Below are positions 12,125-23,855 of a stretch of 64,000 nucleotides of DNA, in pieces. Each line of letters starts with the position of its first letter. Position 1 is the stretch's first letter. The notes under the pieces were generated by a model that did not search any database, had not been told where the DNA came from, and saw only the letters and a list, made by a program, of their open reading frames with translations. The stretch covers positions 526,387 through 590,386 of the forward strand of contig NW_019217804.1 in assembly GCF_002571385.2 (NCBI RefSeq). The letters are read 5' to 3'. The translations under genes were made by a program, and so were the position numbers. This DNA comes from Stylophora pistillata (taxonomy: Eukaryota).

Positions 12125-13802
12125 TTAGATGCAAGTCAACACGTCAGTGAGAACATCTTTCAATGTGTACAGAATGACATAGTTCCTGTAAGTCTTCACC
12201 ACATCGTCAGTTATGGTTAAGCTCTGCAGAAAAGAAAAAAAAAAGGATATTATTGATTAACACTTCGTACATTTATATTCAATATTGCTCTTTTAAAGTT
12301 GTTACTGTGATGGTGTTAAAAATTATAACTATCTTTGCAATATGCTAAAATTAAGTACCTTGAAAGTTAAATGATGCATGCAAGGAACATATTGAAAATA
12401 ACACCTGCGGACTGTCTCGATAGTCCAGGCCTTGACAACATTAAGAGTCTCTTAGGTTTCAAAGATCATTGAAAATTTCAAATCTTAGATTCCATCTGAT
12501 CTTACAGTTAAAGAAATGCATATATCCCACAGTGATATTATTTTTCTCTTACCACACGTTTGCTATCGACCATTGCCTGTAAATATGTTCTACTGTAATG
12601 ATCCAGGCTCGCCTCTGAGATGTGTTGAACAGTGGGAATTGAAGAGCCAGTTTTCTTTATCTGCGATTCAAGAAAACATAAACATCAGTTTTTTCATATT
12701 TATACACGGAAAAAAAAAGGCCTGCTTACTTATAATTACATTAGCATTCAGTTTTAGAGGCGGTACAACAATATTGAGTCAGAGTTCTGTGAAGGAAAAA
12801 AGACAATTTCTTCACGCATCTGGGAGGATTAAACCGTTCGACGCAATTATTTTCGGACTTTTCGCAGTCCATTTTGTTTAGTCTTAAGCCATTCTCGGTC
12901 CATCCTGGTCCACTCTTGGTGGTTTTTAAGTCCCTTCATGAGGGAATAGTTCATTTTAAAAGTTACTTACCTCGCGTCTCACTCTCCACACCGTATTATT
13001 GAGATGAAAACTGGTGTCTTTGAGCGCACTCGCCAACACTTTGTGCTGGGATCCTTTAACTTCTTCATATGAGTATGCCAAATATAGTGGATGAATGAAG
13101 TTGTAAACTTGCATAAAAGCAATGGAGAGGTTGTCTTTTTTTTGCTGAAGAGAATTAAAAAACCCGAAATTATGCAAATATTTAATAGATATGTAACAGT
13201 GCTAGTGACTTACAGAAACTCAAGTTCTGCCAAACGTCTTGTCATCCTATGGTGATTTCTGTAATGAGTTTTCGTCAAAAAATTTACTGAGTATTAGACA
13301 CCTGTTTGCAGGCTTAAAAAAATTATTTTGAAAACTGAGCCAGGAAGTGCGCGTAAAAGAGATCAGTAAAATGTGATGTTAAACAGTTTAAAAATTTTTA
13401 ATCTAACTTAAAGTAGATAAAAAACTTGAAGTTCCCAATACTTACCAGACTTGCCGAACATACTGGTGTGTCAGCCACTCCAAGAGCCAGGGGCGTCTCC
13501 TTTAGATCCCAGTTAGAAGCTATGAATTGGTAGACCTTCAACATCTGTTGATAAAATAGCAATAGTTTACCGAATAAGCAACTTTGTAAGGATCGTTTCA
13601 CGAGCAGCTTAATGGTGAAGTACTATAAAAATATACTTTGATGTCCTACCTCTTTCGTGGCGTTAGCTCTTGTTCGCATAAGTGACAGTCTGATGACAAT
13701 TTCAGCATCACTTGGTTGGTAACTTAACGGAGCTGTCCAAGTCACTGAACTCATTGCAGTTACAATAAAAAGGGCAGCGAACAAGGACTTGTAGAATTCC
13801 AT
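12125..13802 (-). CDS. Secreted helical-cytokine-like protein, copy B (210 aa)
   Basis: Exons 13802-13650, 13544-13446, 13144-12971, 12660-12553, 12223-12125; GT-AG, phase 0, open frame; ends SLTITDDVVKTYRNYVILYTLKDVLTDVLTCI*. Confidence 0.85.
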
Positions 13803-14180
13803 TTCTGGTAAGCCAAGCAAATTGTTAGAAACGTCAGCGTAGTGTCTTGCAGTATGATTCACTTTACACGACACTCGTATTCTCTTACACAAACTTTGAT
13901 TTCAAAAGCTTGAGTAGCCTATCCGTCTATAACTTCCCAATGGTTCATGGTTGCTGTTTGTGTAGACTTATTTGAGGCAAAGATGGGTAAAATCATATCC
14001 TGTGCTGAATTGTAAATGGACAAAACATGCCTATGGAAGTGTTCTTTGGAGACCTCTTTAAAACAAAGTTTGCGACTATACATTCTGTTAACATTAACCA
14101 CATCTTACTTTTACTTTAGTCTTTTCATCGAAGGTAGAGGGAGCTGAGGAATGTCAGTTCTCTTTTAAGATAATCATACG

Positions 14181-14431
14181 ACTTACCTTTCTCTTTTAAG
14201 TATCTCTGGCAGATAGACGTCTCTGATTCGAAATCTTGCGTTGTTTTTTCTAGTTGTGTCCAGAATTAGTTCAAGGGAAAGCGCGTTATAACTGCCTTTT
14301 ATACAGAACAAAGAGGAAGCTGTATTATTGATTTGGATCATCTTTTCCTTGATCTTTTTTTATCAGGTACATTCCGGATGACTCAGTTTCTCTACTAAAC
14401 TCGTCGTTCATTCGTTCCGTGGGTGACATCA
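14181..14431 (-). promoter_or_regulatory. Putative core promoter and non-coding first exon of copy B (homologous block precedes each of copies A-F)
   Basis: Minus-strand TATAAAA at 14297-14303. GTAAGT donor at 14181-14186, about 110 nt downstream of it. TTCCGGATGACTCA (ETS + AP-1) at 14372-14385. TGACATCA (CRE/AP-1-like) at 14424-14431. Confidence 0.55.
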
Positions 14432-17400
14432 TTTTGAATTCATAAACTTGTATCTTTTGAACTTGTCAACTGTTCCTTCCTTCACAGGCGAACACTTCAT
14501 CCTTGTTGTATCAATTCCTTTTGTAGTTTATGTCTGGTATGCAGTAATCACTTTGCGGACTTCGAGAGACCAATGCCATATCACAGATTTAGTAAAAAAG
14601 AAAAGAAACGGTGTAAATGCAATGCAAATAAGAATGGCAATACATTCCATCAATAAATTGTTAAGAATGTGCTTGCTGTGTGTCAAATAAGTTCTACTCA
14701 TTGCTTTACAAAAATCCCAAAAACTGTAAAGCCCCTGGAAAACAGGGCATCCGGAAGATGTTTAATTTAATTAGTCACAATCCTGACTTTTCTCTTTGTA
14801 AGCCGATCTCGTTTATCGCTTCCGCCTCTACAATGGTAATGCTCCTTTTATTAAGGTTCCTGAGAAAAAAGGAAGAAACGTCGCGTTGATGGTAGTGATT
14901 AAGAAAAATAAAAGCGTGACAATGAATATTTGACGTATGTTATTTCGTCATAGAGCTAAGAAGAAAACAAGGAGAATGAGAGATGCAATTTTATTGCTGT
15001 GTATCATCACCGATAGATAATCTGTGCGGTGTCTGGCTAAAGGCATCTTTGAATTGTTTTTGTCAAAGCGCGCACGGGGCCCTTACGGGTTCAGTGATCA
15101 CTTGATATATTTCTGATGCGACTTCTGTGTTGACGTAACTGTTCATTTTCACGTCAGTTGAGAGACGAAAACAGCCGTTATCACCGGAAATGGGTCATTA
15201 GTTTATGGGTTTAGGCCCTTGATTGCTAATATGCGATGTATTTGTACTTTGTCACTCTTCTCAGTAAAAATAAGGATACGTCAAGGGGAGTAACCTAATT
15301 AAAAACATGAGCAATGTATCCCATTTGGGGACTTGACGCTACATGAACAAATTACTTCAATTTTATCCATTGAATTTTGTCGTTCGTTATAAATAATTTA
15401 CCTTCCGAAGAGAGAGAAAATTGGCTTTGAATATCGTGAACGGATGATCTCTTTCTTCCTGATATAATACGAAATAGGTTATGACGGTGTAAAAACCATA
15501 TGTGACCTGACGACGACCTCTCACAAAAAAAAAAAACACAGAAATGATAAATAAAAACAGAGCGCATCTGTACCCTGAACTGTTCACGCACGGTTTGCCT
15601 GTTCGTGTAGAATGCTAGTCGCTGCTACAGAACACAAACGAGACATTCATGACTTTCTTAAGTGTATCCCAGCGTTTGCTTGAAAATCGTGGCGTTTGCG
15701 CGGGCTAGAAAATATTAAACGGTCAAATGGTCGATTTAACTTGAATTTCTGAATACTGGGCGAGAAACAGCTGACAAAACACCCCCATCCTGTATCTAAT
15801 TGTTTAGTGTTATCTTTAAGTTAATAATACCATTCCCTTGAAAGCATGTCCGGGAAAACTATGTTCTAATCTTTGTTTTCCTCAATCGATGCATTAACAA
15901 TTATTTTTCATTTTCACCGGTAAACGTGTAGATATCCGGTTTTGGTAAAGCGTCCATTAGTATTCCATGTACGTTAAAGTTCCGTTCTAACTTAGACGAT
16001 CAGCGGAAGAAGAGTGTGACAACAAGCACTTCATAATATGTATCATAGTTTATCAAACACAAGAGTTGCAAAATTGATATCACTTTCGGGTTTATCTGAT
16101 TGTGTTCACTCAGTTTGACTTTATGTGCGTGAAAAGGAGTCAGCGTCTTAAAAATTAATCTTTAAGTCGTCCAGTAAAGGCTAAGGATCATGAGACAAGT
16201 TCCAGTCTTTATTTCGATTCATCATTTGTTTCTTTTTTTTATTATTTTTGAATCTGGTTGCAATTCTAGGAACACCTTTTCTTGGATATGTAGGACGTTA
16301 GTCAGCTCTGCTTCTTATTTCCCAACTTGGAGAGCGGTTTTCATTTTTTGTAAGGTACCACATAAATGACTTATTTGTTTTAATGAAATTAGGCACATAG
16401 AACGATAAATAGACAAGTGTAAACAAGTAAATGAATGAGGTATGAAAGATCAAGAAGATAAATCCCGTATCGACGTAACGTTATGTCTATTTGACTTGAT
16501 TGAGAAAAATGACTTTTATTACAGGAAGTAGACTGCTGTTGTTCTTTTTTTTTGAGTGGCCGTTGACTTCTTAAAGATAATCGACTTGAGTATGAATAGT
16601 AGTGTGGTTTATTAAAAGTCGACCAGTCCTTCTTGTCATCTTGAGGATCGAGGCATGGAAATGAACAGTAATTGCCGCTGAAAATACATTGGATGATGAC
16701 TAAATTTCAGAGAATTCTAGCCTCTATTTTCTCCTTACCTTTAATGGTTTTCTCAAATTTGAATGCATATTGTTCTTCGCTCCTATGTTTGTTTTTGTTC
16801 AGTTGTGAACGAGAGGAAGTAAGGCTTTCGTGAATGTTTTGACGTACGTCGGTCAGGTATAAAATTTTTTTGGAAAAATAGGCCACACTTTAAATTTCAA
16901 TTTTCCAACGCTTTATTGTTAATTTAACAACGTATGGTATACAGTTACAGTTTATATTGTAAAAGTAAATCTTTAAAAGATCAACATATATACTGATTAT
17001 AATCAGTAACACTGTGAATAATAGTCTCAATATGGACTACTAAAAACATTTCTGTCTATTTTACAGAGCTTACAAAAACAAGAGGCTCAGAAAGACTAAG
17101 CCAGGACAAATATGCCCTCCACTGTCTGAGTCATAGCTAAGGTACTTTTCGAATCATTCCTCAGATAATTTATTTTGTACTTTTTAAAAATTTCTCTTCA
17201 TAAATAGTGATAGTTGAATTATAATCTTAAAAGTTTCAATCCCTAAACTGTTATCCTCAATGTATATCTATCTTTTTTTAGGCAGTGCTCTTGTTAAATC
17301 GTTCATCATATTTTGAGTTTCTTCAACAGTTCTTCAGATGAATTTGTAAAAAAACAAATCTTTAAATATGTAAACATTAAGAGATCTCGAGAAATCTAGT

Positions 17401-17469
17401 GTACCAATGCAAGTCATAAGTGAATAATTTGCTCTGCCAGAGAGAAATTCGTTCAGTAACATAATAGCT

Positions 17470-18604
17470 TTAGATGCAAGGCAGCACGTCAGTGAGAACA
17501 TCTTTCAATGTGTACAGAATGACATAGTTTCTGTAAGTCTTCACCACATCGTCAGTTATGGTTAAGCTCTGCAAAAAGGAAGAAAAAAGAACATTGTTGA
17601 TTTAATATTTCGTACATGTAGATTCACTTAAGGTTGTTACGGTGATGGTGTCAAAAATTATAACTATTTTTTGCAAATGCTAAAATTAAGTAACTTCAAA
17701 GTTAAATGATGCATTGAAGGAACATATGAAGAATAATAGTTGCGAACTGTCTCGATTTTGCAGGCCCTGACAATAGTGTCTCTATTCAAGTTTCAAAGAT
17801 CACCGAAAATGTCAAATCTTAGATTCTATCCAGTTTTACAGTCGAAGGAATACATGTAAATCACATCGATGTTTTTTCCCTTACCACGCGTTTGTTATTG
17901 ACCATCGCTTGTAGGTATGTTTTAGTATGATGATCCAAGCTCGCCTCTGAGATGTGTTGAACAGTGGGAATTGAAGAGCCAGTTTTCTTTATCTGTGATT
18001 CAACAAAAGATAAACATAAGTATTTCAGATTTATTAAGGAAAACAAACAAGGCTTGCTTACTTATAACTAGGTANNNNNNNNNNNNNNNNNNNNNNATCA
18101 AAATCCTCTTTATAAGGTCTGTATCCAACAACCGGTGAAAGAGTTTAGCAGAACTGTGAACAAACTTTGGTGTTTACCATTTGTTTTATAACATAACATT
18201 GATACATTGTAACAAGAGTTCCCTTTTATTTAAAAAATCTTACCTGATCAGAAAAAACAAGCGCGCGCGGTAAAATAGTCTTAGCATTTGCACACGTCAG
18301 CAGCATACACCCATGGGCAAATAGTAGATGCTGAATTAACCAATCATAGCGCGCGCTTTTCTTTAGTTATGTTATAAAAGCAACTTTGCAAGCATCCTTT
18401 CGCAAACAGCTTAATAGGGAAGTACTATATAAATTTATTTGGATCTCCTACCTCTTTCGTGGCGTTAGCTCTGGTTGGCATAAGTGACAGTCGGATGACA
18501 ATTTCAGTATCACTTGGTCGATAGCTCAACGGAGCTGTCAAAGTCACGGAGCTCATTGCAGTTACTAAGAATAGGACAGTGAACGAGGACTTGCAGAATT
18601 CCAT
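17470..18604 (-). CDS. Secreted helical-cytokine-like protein, copy C (incomplete: exons 2-3 missing at assembly gap 18075-18096)
   Basis: Exon 1 18604-18452 (MEFCKSSFTVLFLVTAMSSVTLTAPLSYRPSDTEIVIRLSLMPTRANATKE), exon 4 17992-17885 and exon 5 17568-17470 (ends DVLPCI*) are all intact with GT-AG sites. Confidence 0.65.
18097..18377. mobile_element. Repeat/MITE-like insertion in intron 1 of copy C
   Basis: Not homologous to intron 1 of the other copies. Inverted repeat TTATAACATAAC (18186-18197) / GTTATGTTATAA (18366-18377). Abuts the N gap. Confidence 0.55.
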
Positions 18605-21600
18605 TTCTAGTAAACAAAGCGAATTGTTAGAAAAGTCAGCGTAGAGTCCTGCAGTATGTGAAATGATTCAACTACATGTAACACGGTACTCGTATTCTTC
18701 TACTTAAACTTTGAAGAATTGATTTCAGAAACTTCAGTAGCCAATCCATGTATTAGTTATCAATGGTTCGTGTTTGCTGTTAGTCTAGCCTTATTTGAAG
18801 CAAAGCTGGGAAAAATCTTCTCTTATACTGAATGGTAAATAATCAAAACATGCATATGGAAGTGTTCTTTTAAACGGAGTTTGCGATCGTACATTCTGTT
18901 AACACTAAGCACACAATACAACGTACCTTTCTCCTTTTAAATATATCTGGCAGATAGACGTCTCTGATGCGAAATCTTACGTTGTTTTCTCTAGCTGTGT
19001 CTTGTATTAGTTGTAGGGACAGCGCCTTATAACTGCCATTTATATAAAACGAAGAGGAAGCTGTATCATTGTTTGGCATCATCATGTACAAAAATTCGTG
19101 GTTCATTCGTTCCGTGGATGACATCATTTTGAATTCATAAACCTTTTGAACGTTGTTAACTGTTCCTTCCGTAGCAGGCAAGCGGTCCATCCTTGTTGTA
19201 TCAAATTTATTTTGTATGTTATTTCTGGTATGCAGTAATTTGGACTCCGCGATTCCACAGATTTATTAGAAAAAAAAACGAGTTTATCTTGCGGTGTAAA
19301 TGGGATGGAAATACATTCCATCGATAGATTTTTAACAAAGTACTTGGGTCAACTAAGTTCTACTTATTGGTTTACAAAAAGTCCCGAAAACTATAAAGGC
19401 CTTGGAAAACAGGGCATCCGGGAGATCTTTCATTGAATTGGTCACAATCCTGATATTTCTCTAGAAGTCGACCTTGTTAATCGCTTCCGTCTCCCCAACG
19501 GTATTGCTCCTATTATCAAGGTTCCTGGGAAAAAAGGAAGAAACGCTGCGGCGATAGTGGCGATCAAGCAAAATAAAAGCATGACAACAAACATCTGACG
19601 TATCTTATTTTATCATAATGCTTGGAAGAAAACAAGAGGAATGTGAAATGCAGTAATTTCGCAGTATTGTATCGTTATCGATAGATGATCTGTCTGGTGT
19701 CTGGCTAAACACATCTCTGAATTTTTTTGATTAAAGCGCGCACGGGGGACTTATGGGTTAAGTGATCACTTGATTTATTTACTAACGACTTCTAAGTTGA
19801 CGTAACTTTATTTTCATGTCATTTGAAGAAAAAACCAGCCGTTATTACCGGAAATGGGTCATTTGGTTATAAGTGTAGGTCCTTGATTGCTAATATGCGA
19901 TCTAATTGTACTTTTTCACTCTTCTTAGTAATTTCAGGGAATAAGTCAAAGGGGCAATAGCCTGAATCAAAGAAATGAGTGATATATCCTATTTGGAGAC
20001 TTGACTCTACATGAGCACATGAATTTTGTCGTTCTTTATTTACAATCTACTATCCTTAAAAAAGAGAAAATTGACTTTGCATATCGCGAACGGATGACTT
20101 CTTCCTTCTTGATGTAATTAAGAAATAGATTATGACAGTGAGAGAACCATATGCAGGTAAAATAATATGGACCAAACGACAACCTTTCACGAAAGAAAAG
20201 CGCAATTGTGATATATAAAAACTACGCATCCTTACCATGAACTATTCGCGCATGGTATACATTTTCGTGTGGTGTGCTAGTCGCTGCTACAGAACACATA
20301 GAGTCCGTTGGAGACAGTTATGAATTTCACAAGTGTATCCCAGCCTTTGCTCAAAAAGCGCAGAGTTTTTTGTACGCTAGAAAATTTAAAAAAGGTCAAA
20401 TCTGATGTTGTTTTAACTTGATTTTCTGAATAATATCGGAAAAACAGCTAACAGGAAATCCCTTTCTTGTGTTTAGTTGTTTAGTGATATGTTTATTGAC
20501 AATACCAATCCCTTGAAAGCATATCCGTGAAAGTTATGCTTTAATCTTTGTTTTCTTCAATCGATGCATTATCTTTTTTCATCTTCACCGGTAAACGTGC
20601 AGGTATCCGGTTAACGTTAAAGTTCCGTTCTTACTTAAACGATCGCCGGAAGAAGAATGTGACAATAAGTACTTTATAACATGACTGCAAATTGTTACTC
20701 AGTTTTGAGTTTATTCGAATGTGTTCAGTCAAATTGCCGTTGTGTTTCTCATGACGATTCACAGTTTTAGAGTTGATCTTTACGTCGTTCAGTCAAGGTG
20801 TAAGATAATCACAACACATTTGCAGTCCTTACCGCTTTTCTTATTGCGGGTTCTTCATTTGTTGGTTCGTTTTAAATCTTCTTTCAAATCTAGGAAAACC
20901 TTTTCTCGGATATGTAAGTGGTTAGTTAGTCCTGCTTCTTATTTCCCAACTTGGAGATAGGTTTTCACTTTACCTAAGGCACCACACAGATAACTCATTT
21001 GTTGCGATGAAAATAGGCACATAAATCAATAAATAGGCAATAAAACATGGCAAAATAAGTGAAATATAAAAGAACAAGAAGAAAAATCTCCTATCGACCC
21101 GAGGTTTATGTGTATTTGACTTGATTGAGAAAAGTGACATTTATTACAGGAAGTGGACATTGTGTTTTGTGGTGGTTGTTGACTACTTAATATATTCGCC
21201 TTGACTGAATACCATAAATAGTGGAGTGGTTCATGAATAAAATCTACCAGTACTAGTACTAGTCGTGATCTTTAGGATAGAGGCATGGAAATGAACAGTA
21301 ATTCCCCAATGAAAATATGTGTGATGACCAAATGTTTAGACTCGGCCCGAGTCTAGACCTTATTTTCTCGCTGTCGTTGTTGGTTGTCTCAAATCTGAAT
21401 GAATATTGCTCTTCGCTCTCATCTTTGTTTTTGCTTAGTTGCGAACGGTAGAAAGTAAGGCTTTCGTGAATATTTTTGACGTACACCAGTAATGATTCAC
21501 ACTTTGAATCTCTACCTTTCAACGCTTTATTGTTAATTTTTTCAACATCGCGTATGCAGTAAAACATTGTATTATAAAAGTAAATCTTTAAAAGATCAAC

Positions 21601-22082
21601 ATATACACTGATTATAATCAGTAACACGGTGAATTATAGTCTCAATATGGACTTTTAAAAAATGTTTCTTTCTATTTTTACAGAGCATGCAGTCGATTCA
21701 ATAAAAAGGGGCTCAAAAAGACTATACCAGGACAATGATGCCCATCACTGCCTAAGTCATAGCTAAGGTACTTTTCGAACTATTCCTCAAACTGAACCTT
21801 CTTATACTTTTTAAGAATTTCTATTTATGAATAATGATAATTGAATTAAGACCTTTAAAAAAAAGGTGAATCCCTAAACTGTTATCCTCAAATTATCAGT
21901 GCTCTTGTTGAATGATAAATAATGTTTTGAGCTCAGTTCTTCTACAGTTTCGTTAGATTAATTTTTAATAAACAAATCTTAAATACGTGAACATTAAGAG
22001 ATTTCGAGAAATCTTTAAGTGTAAGTCATAAGTCAATAGTTTGCTCTGCCAGAGAGCAATTCGTTCATCAACATAAATAGCT

Positions 22083-23855
22083 TTATATGCAAGCCAACAC
22101 GTCAATAAGAACATCTTTCAGTGTGTACAGAATGACATAGTTCCTGTAAGTCTTCACCACATCGTCAGTAATGGTTAAGCTCTGCAAAAGTACAACAGAT
22201 TATATTGTTGATTAAAATTTCGTGCACATATATTTACTTTACTCTTTTAAGGTTGTTACTGTGATAGTGTTAAAAAGTGTAAATATCTTTTCTAAATGCT
22301 AAAATTAAGTTCCTTGAAAGTTAAATGACGCCTGCAAGGAACATATGAAAAATAACACTTGCCGATTGTCTCGATAGTTCAGACCCTCACAACATTAAGA
22401 GTCTCTTTTTAGATTTAGCGCTGACTGAAAATGATATATCGTAGATTCTATCCAGTTTTATAGTTAAAGAAATGCATGTATTTCTCATCGTATCTATTTT
22501 CTCTTACCACACGTTTGTCATTGACCACTGCTTGTAGGTATGCTCTAGTATAATGATCCAGGCTCGTCTCTGAGATGTGTTGAACAGTGGGTATTGAAGA
22601 GCCACTTTTCTTTATCTGTGATTCAAGAAAAGATCAACACCAGAATTTTCAAATTACACAAGAAAACAAAGAAGCCCTGCTTTCTTATAATTACATTAGC
22701 GTTCAGTTTTAAAGGCGGAACAGCAGAATTGTGAGTCAGAGTTTCGCGAAAGAATAAAGATAACTTCTTCATGCATCTAGGAGAATCGAACTGTTCGACA
22801 CAATTACTTTTAGGCTTGTTATTTGCAGTCCATTTCTGTGTAAACAGTCTATCCTGGTCCACTCTTGGTTTTTGTGTGCCCAAGAAAGTTAGTATTTGAA
22901 TGTTCGTGTTCTTTCTAAACCGTATTCCGCTAAAATCTCTGGGCCATAAGTGAAGTAGAGTCTTCACCAGATCAAAACATAAGTCCCTTCATGAGGGACT
23001 AGTTAATTATAGAAGTGACCCACCTCGCGTCTCACTCTCCACACCGTATTATTGAGATGAAAACTGGTGTCTTTGAGCGCACTCGCCAACACTTTGTGCT
23101 GAGATCCTTTAACTTCCTCATATGAGTATGCCAGATATAGTGGATGGATAAAGTTGTAAAGTTGCATAAAAGCAATGGAGAGGTTGTCTTTCTTTTGCTG
23201 AAGAGAATTTTACAAAAGCCGAAATTATGCAAATGTTTAATAATTATGTTACAGTGCCAGTGACTTACAGAAACTCAAGTTCTACCATGCTTTTTATCAC
23301 CCTATGGTGATCTTCGTAATGAGATATCGTCAAAGTTTTACTTGGTATTAGTCATTTGTTTTACAGGCTTAAGGTAGTTATTTTGAAAACGGAGCCAGTA
23401 AGTGTGCGTGGAAGAGATCAGCAAAATGTGCTGTTAAACCGTTTTAAAGGTTTAATCTAACTTAAAGTAGATAAAATACTTGTAGTTCCCAATACTTACC
23501 AAACTTGAGGAACATACTGGTGTGTCAGCCACTCCAAGAGCCAGGGACGTCTCCTTTAGATCCCAGTTAGTAGTTATGAATTGGTAGACCTTCAATATCT
23601 GTAGATAAAATAGCAATAGTTTACGATAAGTAAGTTGCAAAGCATCGTTTCACAAGTAGCTTAATAGTCAAGTACTTTAAGAATGGTATTTTAATAGCCA
23701 ACCTCTTTCGTGGCGTTAGCTCTGGTTGGCATAAGTGACAGTCTGATGACAATTTCAGCATCACTTGGTCGGTAACTCAACGGAGCTGTCCAAGTCACTG
23801 AGCTCATTACAGTTACAATGAAAAGGGCAGCGAAGAAGGACTTGCAGAATTCCAT
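22083..23855 (-). CDS. Secreted helical-cytokine-like protein, copy D (210 aa)
   Basis: Exons 23855-23703, 23598-23500, 23197-23024, 22615-22508, 22181-22083; GT-AG, phase 0, open; ends RNYVILYTLKDVLIDVLACI*. Confidence 0.85.

Noticed and set aside
18870-21627. Longer spacer ORFs (18870-19190, 21259-21627; likewise 32112-32483, 29111-29452)
   Set aside because: They overlap promoter or UTR sequence, and homologous positions in other units are frameshifted; chance ORFs.
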